Positions 12,554 through 22,035 of a stretch of DNA of 64,000 nucleotides are shown in pieces. The DNA comes from an uncultured Candidatus Binatia bacterium. GTDB taxonomy: Bacteria; Desulfobacterota; Binatia; UBA9968; CAXXLF01. Each line of letters opens with the position of its first letter. Positions within the stretch are counted from its first letter, which is position 1. The stretch covers positions 2,400,001-2,464,000 of the forward strand of contig OZ244621.1 in NCBI GenBank assembly GCA_965218425.1, written 5' to 3'. The notes under the pieces are model-generated. The model saw only the letters and a list, made by a program, of their open reading frames with translations, was not told where the DNA came from and ran no database searches. A program made the translations under genes and the position numbers.

Positions 12554-12746
12554 AGCCATCAGCCGTCAGCGTTCAGCTCCGAACTCACTACTGCCAACTG
12601 AATACTGTCTTTCTAAATTCCGTAGGCCTGAGGTCAGCAGTCCCGTCTCAACCCTTAACCCCCGGAGATTCAACACTCTTTTCGCTTTGCGCCACGCGCT
12701 TAGCATGCTTGCTCAGTCCTCGGCACTCGCTACTCTTTGCTCAGTT
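12554..12746. repeat. Mosaic of degenerate 7-bp tandem repeats
   Basis: agccatc/agccgtc/agcgttc/agctccg; ctactgc/caactga/atactgt; cgctttg/cgccacg/cgcttag; ctcagtc/ctcggca/ctcgcta/ctctttg/ctcagtt. Confidence 0.7.
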
Positions 12747-12754
12747 TGGTCTAA

Positions 12755-12868
12755 GCCCCCTCGCTTCAATGATAGTGCGACGAGGGGAATGAGGATGAAG
12801 GGCGTGGGCACCTAACGACTCGCTCTCCGAGATGGGCTGACCAATGCTCGCCAAGGTCTGTGCGGGAG
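12755..12868. repeat. Dispersed repeat family 1, copy A
   Basis: 41-nt core 12777-12817 matches 49183-49223 at 37/41; further shared blocks upstream and downstream. Confidence 0.8.
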
Positions 12869-12948
12869 CTAAGTTCGGATTGACAGTGTCCATCGTCCTC
12901 GAGTATTTCTTAGGCTTTGAGTCTCTTCATTTAGGGGAGGGCTATCTT

Positions 12949-13827
12949 ATGGCGCGACGTGACTATTCGGATGAGGATGTTGGTAATGTTATTTCGCTGG
13001 AGCACGTCAACTTTTACATTCCCAGCCAGGAATTAGCTATCCTGTTTTATGTTGTGGGTCTCGGGTTTACGCGCGACCCTTACCTATCGGTAGGTACGGG
13101 GAATATGTGGATCAATGTGGGCGAACAGCAGTTCCACTTGCCCACTCGGGGTGAGCAGGTTATTCCAGGAACCATAGGGATCGTTGTTCCGGACCTGGCA
13201 TTATTGCAGAAGCGCTTGAAAGCGATCGAGGAGCAACTCACGGGGACCCAATTCTCCTGGTCCCTGGACGATGGCCATATGATAGTGATCTGTCCGTGGG
13301 GCAATCGATTTCGCTGCCACGGCCCGGGTCCAAAATTCGGCGACACGGCCCTTGGCCTTCCATACGTAGAATTTCACACGAGACCTCGCACGGCTGCCGG
13401 AATCGGGCGTTTTTATCAGGAGGTCATGGGAGCACCGTCCGTCATTGAATCAGAAGGAGGCGCCCCTATGGCTCGCATCGCCGTGGGTCGCAATCAGTGG
13501 CTGCTCTTCCGGGAAACCCGGCACGATATTCCGTCTTACGACGGTCACCACATCGCCGTGTACATCGCTAACTTCTCTAGCCCCTATGGGTTTTTGAAAA
13601 AACACAAGCTCATCGTGGAAGACGTTGTCAACCATCAGTTCCGTTTCAAGGATGTGGTGGATCCGAAGAGCGGCAAGAAGTTGTTCACCCTCGAGCACGA
13701 GGTTCGTAGCCTGCGCCACCCGCTGTACCACCGATTGCTCGTCAATCGTGACCCGACCCAGATACAGAGCAGCTATGCCCGTGGGAAGGATGCCCTGATT
13801 CCAATGGTTAAAAACCATTGGGCATGA
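12949..13827 (+). CDS. Hypothetical protein with tandem VOC/glyoxalase-like domains
   Basis: EHVNF...FYVVGLG, QQFHLP, FYQEVMG, GHHIAVY; RBS ggggagg before ATG 12949. Confidence 0.7.
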   Translation: MARRDYSDEDVGNVISLEHVNFYIPSQELAILFYVVGLGFTRDPYLSVGTGNMWINVGEQQFHLPTRGEQVIPGTIGIVVPDLALLQKRLKAIEEQLTGTQFSWSLDDGHMIVICPWGNRFRCHGPGPKFGDTALGLPYVEFHTRPRTAAGIGRFYQEVMGAPSVIESEGGAPMARIAVGRNQWLLFRETRHDIPSYDGHHIAVYIANFSSPYGFLKKHKLIVEDVVNHQFRFKDVVDPKSGKKLFTLEHEVRSLRHPLYHRLLVNRDPTQIQSSYARGKDALIPMVKNHWA

Positions 13828-13840
13828 TCGATTTCAAAAA

Positions 13841-15007
13841 TCAGACGAAATTTATAAAAATGGAATTGGCGACCAGGAGACCGCGGCGGGTGAGTCGGAG
13901 CCGTTGGTCTCGTTCTTCCATCAGTCCCTGGTGGATCCATTGGTTGATTTGTGGATAAAACCCGTCAGGGTATTTACCAAAGCGATGAAAAAATTCCTCC
14001 TTGGATATGCCCCGGGTCATCCTTAAGCCAAGAAACATGAACTCGCCTGTGGCCTTGTTCAAGTCGCTCACCTCGGATTCAACCGTCCCCTGTCCCTTCC
14101 CTGCAACCTGTTTCATGTATCGACCGGGATCCTTCTCGTTTTGCCACCTGTGCCCCCGGATATCGCCGCCCCTCATTTGCTTGTAACTGTGTGCGCCGGC
14201 CCCGATCCCTAGGTAGTCGCCCCCTTGCCAGTAGTTGACGTTATGTCGGGAATGCAGTCCATTGCGCGCGTAGTTGGAGATCTCGTAACGTTGGATTTGT
14301 TTGGCGGCGAGGGTTTCTTCGATGAGTTCTGCCATCGAGATCTCATCTTCTTCGGGTAGGGAGCGAATCTTTCCGGCGCGGTACTGGCGTTCAAATGGAG
14401 TTCCCTCTTCGAAGGTGAGGTTGTATACGGACATGTGAGGGGGTTGGAACGTCAACGCCTCTTTCAGGTCTGCTTCCAAGTGAGCCAGGGATTGACCGGG
14501 AATGGCGAAGATCAGATCCAAATTAAAATTCTCAAATCCAGCGTCCCGAAGGATCCGCAAAGACTTGCGTGTTTCATCGGCGCTGTGGATACGACCTAGG
14601 AACTTGAGGAGATGGGGCTGAAAGGATTGTGCGCCGATGCTGATGCGATTAACCCCTGAGGTCCGATAGCCGGTAAAGTTCTTGCTGTCTGCCGTTGCGG
14701 GGTTGGCCTCTAGGGTAATTTCAATATCTTTCTCAAAAGGAAAATAGGATGCCGCGTTCTGGAGGAGCTTCGCAATACTCTCCGGTGCGAACGTAGATGG
14801 AGTTCCCCCGCCAAAAAAAATACTCTTTAGGGTCCTCCCCCGCCACTCCTCTTTCCCCGCGTAGAAATCAAGTTCCTTTGTCAAAGTGTCCGTATAAGTC
14901 GCCTCTGGGATATTGGGGACCACATGGGAATTGAAATCACAGTAAGGGCACTTGCTGATGCAATAAGGAATGTGGAGATAGAGAGAGAAGGGGTCGCGGT
15001 CCGTCAT
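13841..15007 (-). CDS. hemW: Radical SAM heme chaperone HemW (HemN-like)
   Basis: YLHIPYCISKCPYCDFNS, FFGGGTPS, YEISNYA, HNVNYW. Confidence 0.92.
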   Translation of the reverse strand: MTDRDPFSLYLHIPYCISKCPYCDFNSHVVPNIPEATYTDTLTKELDFYAGKEEWRGRTLKSIFFGGGTPSTFAPESIAKLLQNAASYFPFEKDIEITLEANPATADSKNFTGYRTSGVNRISIGAQSFQPHLLKFLGRIHSADETRKSLRILRDAGFENFNLDLIFAIPGQSLAHLEADLKEALTFQPPHMSVYNLTFEEGTPFERQYRAGKIRSLPEEDEISMAELIEETLAAKQIQRYEISNYARNGLHSRHNVNYWQGGDYLGIGAGAHSYKQMRGGDIRGHRWQNEKDPGRYMKQVAGKGQGTVESEVSDLNKATGEFMFLGLRMTRGISKEEFFHRFGKYPDGFYPQINQWIHQGLMEERDQRLRLTRRGLLVANSIFINFV

Positions 15008-15087
15008 TGACTACATCCTTATGAATCTAATCCTTAAAAACATGCCGTGGACTATTGCGGTGAATATAACGAGGCGTCGCGCATGAC

Positions 15088-16350
15088 CTACACCTGGCGA
15101 AGCGCTTCGACCCGTTCCGAAGCGGTAGGATGGGAATAATGATAGGCAGAGTACCACGGGTGGGGAGTTAGATTTGATAGGTTCTGGACGGTGAGTTGAA
15201 TTAAGGCCTCCTCCATGGCCGTTGCATCCTTTGAGGTCTTTGCGGCAAAGCGGTCCGCCTCGTATTCGTGCTTGCGGGAAATATGGTTGAACAAGGGGCT
15301 CAGGTAGAAGGTAAAGGGACCCGCCATGAAAGCAAACAGGACCAAGGCTCCATGGGTAGAGGGTTCTTCCAAACCAAAGGCTCTAAACATGGGAACGAAA
15401 TCAATGAGCCAGCTGAGGAGGTACAGCCCTAGCAAGAGAAACACACCGCTTAGCAAGAGCATTCGGCGAATGTGTTTCATTTTGTAGTGTCCCATCTCGT
15501 GGGCTAGAACCGCCAGCAGCTGCTCACCAGTCAATTGTTTAAGGAGAGTATCGAAGAGGACAATCCTCTTGGCCTTCCCTATGCCGGTAAAATAGGCATT
15601 GGAATGAGCGGAGCGTTTTGAGCCGTCCATGGTGAATATCCCACTGGTCTTTAATCCCACCTTTTGGGTCAATGCTGAAATCCGCTCCCGTAACTCACCC
15701 GTCTCCAGCGGCTGAAACTTATTAAAAAGCGGGGCGATGACGGCTGGATAAATAATGATCATCACGACTTGAAAACCGAAGATGAAAAAAAAGGCCCAGA
15801 TCCACCAATAACGGCCCGATGCCTGCATGAGCCAGAGGACTCCGAAGAGAAACGGTAGGCCCAAAGCGATACCCAGAATCAACCCCTTTACCTTATCGCT
15901 GAGATAGAGTTTGAAGGTTAGTTTGTTGAAACCAAAGCGCTCCTCCAACACGAAAGTCGAATACAATTCCGTGGGCAGTCCTAAGATGGAAACGAAAAGG
16001 GTGGTGCCAAAACAGAATATAATTCCCGTCGCCAGGGTGCTGGATGGAAAAACGCTTCCAAGGTACTGGGAGAGGCGGTCAAGAAAAGGTAACACCCCGC
16101 CAAAAAGCACAAGAAGCGTAACAGCACCGCCGTAGATTTCAGCCCAACGCTGGAAACGGTTCTTCGCTATGGTATACGCAACTGATTTTTCGTAGTCCCC
16201 AGCGGGTATCTGGTTATGGAAAATACTGGGAAGCGCTTTTGCGGACCAAAGGCGGCGGACATAGGCAATATTAACCTCATTAAGCGAAAGCTCCACAACC
16301 AGTTCGAGGAAGAAAAAAGTCAGGAATAAACCGACCACCCAATGTTCCAT
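15088..16350 (-). CDS. M48 (Ste24-like) membrane metallopeptidase
   Basis: NAYFTG, LAHEMGH (HExxH), EYEAD, YSHP; several TM segments. Confidence 0.93.
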   Translation of the reverse strand: MEHWVVGLFLTFFFLELVVELSLNEVNIAYVRRLWSAKALPSIFHNQIPAGDYEKSVAYTIAKNRFQRWAEIYGGAVTLLVLFGGVLPFLDRLSQYLGSVFPSSTLATGIIFCFGTTLFVSILGLPTELYSTFVLEERFGFNKLTFKLYLSDKVKGLILGIALGLPFLFGVLWLMQASGRYWWIWAFFFIFGFQVVMIIIYPAVIAPLFNKFQPLETGELRERISALTQKVGLKTSGIFTMDGSKRSAHSNAYFTGIGKAKRIVLFDTLLKQLTGEQLLAVLAHEMGHYKMKHIRRMLLLSGVFLLLGLYLLSWLIDFVPMFRAFGLEEPSTHGALVLFAFMAGPFTFYLSPLFNHISRKHEYEADRFAAKTSKDATAMEEALIQLTVQNLSNLTPHPWYSAYHYSHPTASERVEALRQV

Positions 16351-16764
16351 CAAAACCAATCTCGCTCCCCATGATACAAGGATTCGGATGATTCTACAGT
16401 GTGGCTTTCACTGTAGTATGAGTCTCCTGGGGACGCAATCAGGCTGTTACGAAGGCTCTGTTGTGTCTCAGCGGGTAAACGCGGAAAATGGTTATTAGGG
16501 ATAAAAAGCATTGGGTGTGGACAAAAATGTACGAAAGGTCTGGAACAAGAATGACTAGCACCGGGATTCTATAGAGCACGATACTCCGGGTTAAATGTGG
16601 TTTTTCCCCAAGTTTGCTTGACAATCCGGGTGATTGTAGAACATATGTGATGGGTTTCGATGAGAGGACGGGTGGTTACAGAACCAATCTTGTTTTTTCC
16701 AGGAAGTATGGTAGTTTAAAAAGTTGCCTAAAATGGCATGAATCGTCTTCAGGAGCTTTTCTAA

Positions 16765-18609
16765 ATGCCTTCAATAAATGATCTGAGTATTTCCGTGGCC
16801 ACGGAAAATGGCTCGGGTAGCGCCTCTTCAAATAACATTCTTTTCAAGTCCATTTTTAAAATGGGCATCCCCTGTTCGTCAAAGAATATGTTTCCTTCCA
16901 ATATCCAGGGCCTGCCAACCTGGTACCAGATCCGGGCTTGTGGGGACGGCTACTTTGGCCGTAAAGACGTCATTGATGTCATCGTGATGTTCAATGATGC
17001 CACAGCAGGCCAGGATATCCACCGAGTCAGGGGAGGTGGCCTCATTATCTTCGACGACTCGAAGCCCCTACCTTCCCACCTAAAACGTGAAGGGGTTCAA
17101 TACGTGGGTGTTCCGGCCAACAAACTTGTGCAGGAACATGTGGAGGCTTCTCCCCTGCGGGCCAAGCAGCGAAACATGATTTACGTGGGTGTCCTGGCAA
17201 AGCTGTTTGGTATTAATTTAGAAGTCATCAAAGAGGTGCTACGGGATACCTTTGGAAACAAGCCTGCCGTTATTGAGTCCAACCTTCTCTGTATCGAGCT
17301 TGGCTACCGACATGTGGAAGAGAACGGGCTGACACAAGACATCGGCCGGTTAGAGGCGATCCCGAATGGCAATGATGGAAAAATCATTACCGAGGGGAAT
17401 ACGGCCTGCGCATTGGGAGCCATCTACGGTGGAGTATCAATGGTCTCGTGGTATCCCATTACCCCGTCCAGCTCCCTAGCGGAAGCCATCGAGCACTATA
17501 TGCCGCGGCTACGCAAGAGGCCTGACGGCAAGGCAAACTATGCGATCGTTCAGGCGGAGGATGAGATTGCCGCCGCAGGGATGGTGGTTGGGGCTGGTTG
17601 GGGCGGGGTACGTGCCATGACATCCACTTCTGGACCAGGACTCTCCCTCATGAACGAAACCGTGGGGTTGGCCTATTTCGCTGAAATTCCGAGTGTTTTT
17701 TTCATCATCCAACGTGGAGGCCCCTCCACCGGGTTGCCCACGCGAACCCAACAGGCCGATATCTTGTCCATGTATCACTGTTCCCACGGAGACACCCGTA
17801 ATATCATCTTGATCCCCCATGACACGAGCACCTGTTTTGATCTTGCCCGCCGGAGTTTTGATTATGCGGAGCGGTTTCAGACACCGGTCTTTGTCATGAT
17901 GGACCTGGATCTGGGGATGAACCTATGGTCCTCTGATCCCCTCAGGCTGGAAAAGGAACCCTTCGATCGGGGCAAGCTTCTGAGCGCCGATGATCTGCAA
18001 AAAATCGAGGGAAAATTCCGTCGCTATTTTGATCTGGACGGAGATGGTATCCCCCAGAGGACCGTGCCCGGGAACACCCATCCCAAAGCCGCCTATTTTG
18101 CTCGGGGCTCGGGCCATGATTCCGACGCGCGCTACAGCGAAGACGAAAACGACTATAAGGAGACCCTGGATCGGCTGGCTCGGAAGCTTGAAACAGCTCG
18201 CAAGGCAGTTCCCAAGCCCATTGTGGAGGCGTCTCCCAATATCAAGTCCGGTTTCATCTGCTTTGGTTCCAGTTTTGAATCCACTCGAGAAGCCCGGGAT
18301 CGGCTCAGGTCTGAAGGCCTGGAATCCAATCATTTGTTGCTGAGGGCTCTACCCTTAACCGATGAAGTAAAAAAGTTTGTTGCCGCTCATGAAGTGGTTT
18401 ATCTCGTGGAACAAAATCGTGATGGCCAGATGGCGGCGATTCTCAAATCCGAATGGCCCGAGCTGGGAGCCAGGATCGTGAGCGTACTCGTCTACGACGG
18501 CCTCCCGATAGCCGCAGGCGAAATCGTCCGGCAGGTTCGGGAGTTTCTATCAACTTCTGAAAAAGGGGTGAAACAGTGGCTGCCCAAAAGACCAATCGCG
18601 TCAGTTTAA
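16765..18609 (+). CDS. 2-oxoacid:ferredoxin oxidoreductase alpha subunit (gamma-alpha fusion)
   Basis: PSNIQGLPTWY, WYPITPSS, QAEDEIAA, TSGPGLSLM, QRGGPSTGLPTRTQQ. Confidence 0.95.
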   Translation: MPSINDLSISVATENGSGSASSNNILFKSIFKMGIPCSSKNMFPSNIQGLPTWYQIRACGDGYFGRKDVIDVIVMFNDATAGQDIHRVRGGGLIIFDDSKPLPSHLKREGVQYVGVPANKLVQEHVEASPLRAKQRNMIYVGVLAKLFGINLEVIKEVLRDTFGNKPAVIESNLLCIELGYRHVEENGLTQDIGRLEAIPNGNDGKIITEGNTACALGAIYGGVSMVSWYPITPSSSLAEAIEHYMPRLRKRPDGKANYAIVQAEDEIAAAGMVVGAGWGGVRAMTSTSGPGLSLMNETVGLAYFAEIPSVFFIIQRGGPSTGLPTRTQQADILSMYHCSHGDTRNIILIPHDTSTCFDLARRSFDYAERFQTPVFVMMDLDLGMNLWSSDPLRLEKEPFDRGKLLSADDLQKIEGKFRRYFDLDGDGIPQRTVPGNTHPKAAYFARGSGHDSDARYSEDENDYKETLDRLARKLETARKAVPKPIVEASPNIKSGFICFGSSFESTREARDRLRSEGLESNHLLLRALPLTDEVKKFVAAHEVVYLVEQNRDGQMAAILKSEWPELGARIVSVLVYDGLPIAAGEIVRQVREFLSTSEKGVKQWLPKRPIASV

Positions 18610-19604
18610 CGGAAAAGGATTATCGTGGCGCCGAGTCCACCATGTGCAAAGGGTGCGGCCACGATGCCATTTCCGCCTCCATTATTCGGGCTTTCTTCGA
18701 TAGCAGTGTAGACCCACGGAAGGTCATAAAACTGAGCGGCATTGGTTGTTCCTCGAAGACACCGGCTTACTTTCTCAGTCAATCCTTTGGTTTTAATGCC
18801 GTTCATGGACGCATGTCTGCGGTGGCCACGGGTGCCAATCTGGCCAACCATTCGCTGCTTCCCATTGGCGTGTCGGGGGATGGGGATACTTCCGCCATCG
18901 GTCTGGGAAACTTTTGCCATATGATGCGCCGCAACGTGAATATTACCTACATCATCGAAAACAACGGCGTCTATGGGTTGACCAAAGGACAGTTTTCGGC
19001 CACAGCAGATAAGGGAACCCGCATGAAAGGCGGGAAGATCAATGAGATGTCCGCCATCGACCTAGCCGAGCTGGCCATCAATTTTGGGGCTACCTATGTG
19101 GCGCGGAGCTTCTCGGGGGATCGCAAACAATTGGCTCCCCTCATTCAAGGGGCCTTCGCCCATAAGGGGAGTGCCATCTTGGATGTTCTGAGCCCCTGCG
19201 TTACCTTCAACAACCATGAGGGTTCCACCAAGAGCCTGAAGTATATCAAGGATAACCTTGACCCACTCCACGACGTGGACTTTATCCCTCACTATGAAAA
19301 CATTGAGGCGGATTACGAGCCGGGGACCGACCACGAAGTGGTCCTCCATGACGGCTCCCGCATCACCCTGCACAAGCTAAGAGAAAGTTATGACCCCACT
19401 AACAAGGCGAGTGCCTTGACCGCAATCCATGGTTCCGTTGCCGAAGGGAAATTCTTAACGGGCCTCATCTACTGCGACCCGGATTCATCGGATCTTGTCG
19501 AGGAGATGAATCTCTGCGAAACCCCTTTGGCCGAACTGGGGCAAGACGAACTCCAGCCTTCTCCTGAGCTGCTTGATCAGATCAACGCTGAATTGATGAA
19601 ATAG
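18576..19604 (+). CDS. 2-oxoacid:ferredoxin oxidoreductase beta subunit
   Basis: CKGCGH, GIGCSSK, HGR, GDGD...NNGVYGLTKGQ (TPP binding), SPCVTFN. Confidence 0.95.
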   Translation: MAAQKTNRVSLTEKDYRGAESTMCKGCGHDAISASIIRAFFDSSVDPRKVIKLSGIGCSSKTPAYFLSQSFGFNAVHGRMSAVATGANLANHSLLPIGVSGDGDTSAIGLGNFCHMMRRNVNITYIIENNGVYGLTKGQFSATADKGTRMKGGKINEMSAIDLAELAINFGATYVARSFSGDRKQLAPLIQGAFAHKGSAILDVLSPCVTFNNHEGSTKSLKYIKDNLDPLHDVDFIPHYENIEADYEPGTDHEVVLHDGSRITLHKLRESYDPTNKASALTAIHGSVAEGKFLTGLIYCDPDSSDLVEEMNLCETPLAELGQDELQPSPELLDQINAELMK

Positions 19605-19610
19605 GAACCC

Positions 19611-19723
19611 AGACAGAGATTTGAGACAGCGACTGCGGCCACTCCCCTCCACCTCTTTTTCTTGCTCTGTCTCAAATCTCTGTCTTTTCCTTAGTCTCTA
19701 TCCCTGTCTCTATCTGTGTCTGT
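19611..19723. repeat. Dispersed repeat family 2, copy A, with a perfect 19-bp inverted repeat (possible bidirectional terminator)
   Basis: agacagagatttgagacag (19611-19629) is the reverse complement of ctgtctcaaatctctgtct (19667-19685); lies between convergent genes. Confidence 0.85.
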
Positions 19724-20713
19724 TTAGTGGTGATGTTTCCTCTGGAGTCCTCCGTGCGCGAGGGCGAGAATGTCCGAGCGGGACAGTTTCTCACCTCCCA
19801 ATAGACGAGGAAGAACGACATCGAATGCGCTCACTGGGTCATGGAGGACGCAGCCGGAAAGGCCCAGGATGGGCGTGTTTTTGAGGTGGGCAAGAAGGAA
19901 CATGGAACCCGGCAACACTGGAAATCCATGGCACACAACTTTGGCCCCGCTTCGTCTGACCCCCTCTGGGGTTTGATCGTCAGGGTCCACGGACATGCCT
20001 CCGCTCACCAGAATCAACTCGGCACCGGCCCCATGGGAGTCGCGAATATGAGAGGCGATCTGATCGGGATCATCCAGGACCAGTTTCTTCGCTTCCAGGT
20101 CAGAGCCCAATTGTTCGAGTTTGCGCCGAACCACGGGTTCGAAACCGTCCTTGATACGGCCAGTGAAAACCTCGCTTCCGGTGACGATGAGATGGACCCG
20201 CCTCGAAGGGATCGGTAGGATAGAGGCAAGGGGTTTATTTTTGCACAGGGATTCGGCTTTTTTGACGAGTGATTCTTTGACGATAATGGGAATGGTTCGG
20301 GTCCCTGCCACAACCTCTCCTTCTTGCACGTACTGGTTCGTAGGTAACGTGGAAAGGATGAGATCTCCCATCTCATTAAAACGGTAGAGAAGCTTTTCGT
20401 CCACTTTCAGTAGTCCGGAGATTTCCGCCACCAGATTGACCCGCCCTTCCACGGGATCCGTCAGGCTAATATGAGGACCCGCCGCCGCTTGAGCCAATCT
20501 CCGCGCGGCGTCCTCCTCGTGCAGTTCGCCCTTTTCCAGATCGATGATGTAGATGTGAGCCTTTCCAATGTCGAGCAGCTTGGCCACGTCCTCGCTTCTG
20601 ATAACATGGCCACGTCGGAAGGCCGGGCCCTTGTGCTTGCCTGGTATGATTTCAGTAACGTCGTGGGCCAGGAGTGTCCCCACGGCCTCTTCGACGGGGA
20701 TAATCTTAAGCAT
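19724..20713 (-). CDS. Molybdopterin-binding protein (MoeA/CinA-like domain)
   Basis: LAHDVTEI, VTGSEV, SGGMSVDPDDQTP, PVLPGSM; adjacent to moaA. Confidence 0.85.
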   Translation of the reverse strand: MLKIIPVEEAVGTLLAHDVTEIIPGKHKGPAFRRGHVIRSEDVAKLLDIGKAHIYIIDLEKGELHEEDAARRLAQAAAGPHISLTDPVEGRVNLVAEISGLLKVDEKLLYRFNEMGDLILSTLPTNQYVQEGEVVAGTRTIPIIVKESLVKKAESLCKNKPLASILPIPSRRVHLIVTGSEVFTGRIKDGFEPVVRRKLEQLGSDLEAKKLVLDDPDQIASHIRDSHGAGAELILVSGGMSVDPDDQTPEGVRRSGAKVVCHGFPVLPGSMFLLAHLKNTPILGLSGCVLHDPVSAFDVVLPRLLGGEKLSRSDILALAHGGLQRKHHH

Positions 20714-20745
20714 GCTCCTTCCTCCCTCACCTCTGGGTTAGGATC

Positions 20746-20774
20746 AATATAGACATGGGACCTTTCATTGTCCA
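20746..20774 (-). promoter_or_regulatory. Putative sigma70 promoter for the molybdopterin-binding gene
   Basis: Minus strand TGGACA-17 nt-TATATT about 30 nt before the ATG. Confidence 0.45.
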
Positions 20775-20865
20775 GTTGGCTGGAACGAGTTCCCTTATGA
20801 GTTAAGGGAAACGTTTCCTCTTGTGGGTGGGAACAAATGCCGGAGGCTCTGGCCAGGGTGGGGGG

Positions 20866-21879
20866 TCAGCCACCGAGGGTGATCATCTCGATCTTTTTTT
20901 GCCCTTTGGGATTGTAGCCCGTGTCGGATTGCATGGCCTCTAGCCGTTCGTCGGAGTAACGGTCCTTTCTACCCGTCCAGACCGATCCCAGGAGATCCAG
21001 GATCTCTTTGTCCGAGGCCCCTTTCCTTAGCAGTCCTTTTAAGTCGTGGCCTGTCTGGGAGAATAGGCAGGTCACCAATTTCCCGTCGGCGGTCAGTCTG
21101 GCTCGAACGCAGGTCGAGCAAAAAGGTTCTGAGACGGAGGCGATGACGCCGATGTCTCCGCGTCCGTCAACAAATTGATAGTCCACCGATGGCGCGCTGC
21201 CTTTGTCTCGACCCTTTTCTTTCAAGGGAAATCGAGCGTGAACCAGTTCAAGGATTTCCTTCTTGGAGACCATCTTTTGTGAGGCCCAGTTGTTGGAGTT
21301 GCCCACGTCCATGTACTCGATAAAGCGGATGGCGAAGCCGTTCTCTCTGGAAAACTCCACTAGACTCAACACATCGTCATCATTGACTCCCCGTTCGATG
21401 ACCGAGTTAATTTTGATGGGGATCAGACCGACTTTCTTAGCAACGAATAGACCCTCGATGACTTTGTCTAGATCGCCGCGTTTTGTGATTTGTTTAAACT
21501 TCTCCGGGTTGAGGGTATCCAGGCTCACGTTGATCCGTTTGAGCCCCGCGGACTTTAGAAGGGGGGCCTTTTCGGCGAGCAATGATCCATTGGTGGTAAG
21601 AGAGATATCCTTGAGCCCGGGTATGGTGGAAAGCTGGCCAATCAGCTCTTCCAAACTTTGGCGGACCAGGGGCTCTCCGCCGGTTAGGCGGATCTTTTCA
21701 ACGCCCAATTGGACAAACAGACGGGCCAGCCGGGTGATTTCTTCGAAAGAGAGAATCTCTTGCTTGTTGATCCAGGTATATTCGTCAAATGGCATACAGT
21801 AGGTGCAGCGGAAATTGCACCTGTCCGTGACGGATATCCTGAGGTCCCTCATGGGTCTGTTGAAAGTATCGGTCAACAC
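20866..21879 (-). CDS. moaA: GTP 3',8-cyclase
   Basis: LRISVTDRCNFRCTYCMP, LTGGEP, FCSTCVRARLTADG, C-terminal GG; start codon uncertain (21879-21930). Confidence 0.96.
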   Translation of the reverse strand: MLTDTFNRPMRDLRISVTDRCNFRCTYCMPFDEYTWINKQEILSFEEITRLARLFVQLGVEKIRLTGGEPLVRQSLEELIGQLSTIPGLKDISLTTNGSLLAEKAPLLKSAGLKRINVSLDTLNPEKFKQITKRGDLDKVIEGLFVAKKVGLIPIKINSVIERGVNDDDVLSLVEFSRENGFAIRFIEYMDVGNSNNWASQKMVSKKEILELVHARFPLKEKGRDKGSAPSVDYQFVDGRGDIGVIASVSEPFCSTCVRARLTADGKLVTCLFSQTGHDLKGLLRKGASDKEILDLLGSVWTGRKDRYSDERLEAMQSDTGYNPKGQKKIEMITLGG

Positions 21880-22035
21880 GCTTTCCAATATGCAGGAAAG
21901 GGCCTGTGTAGGCAAGCCTGCGAAAATCACGTCATTTCTGCGGCGGTGGCAAGAGGCGGCAGCAGCCTAAAACGGAGGTTGTTTTTTAATGCAGTAACGG
22001 TATGTTAGAATACGTTTTTCTGAGCGGGCTGGAGT

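Noticed and set aside
12459..12948. CRISPR array or tRNA in the repeat-rich spacer
   Set aside because: No regularly spaced identical repeats with unique spacers, no cas genes, no cloverleaf or T-loop motif
16734..16750. Sigma-54 promoter (TGGCAT) before the 2-oxoacid oxidoreductase
   Set aside because: No GC at the -12 position (reads CT)
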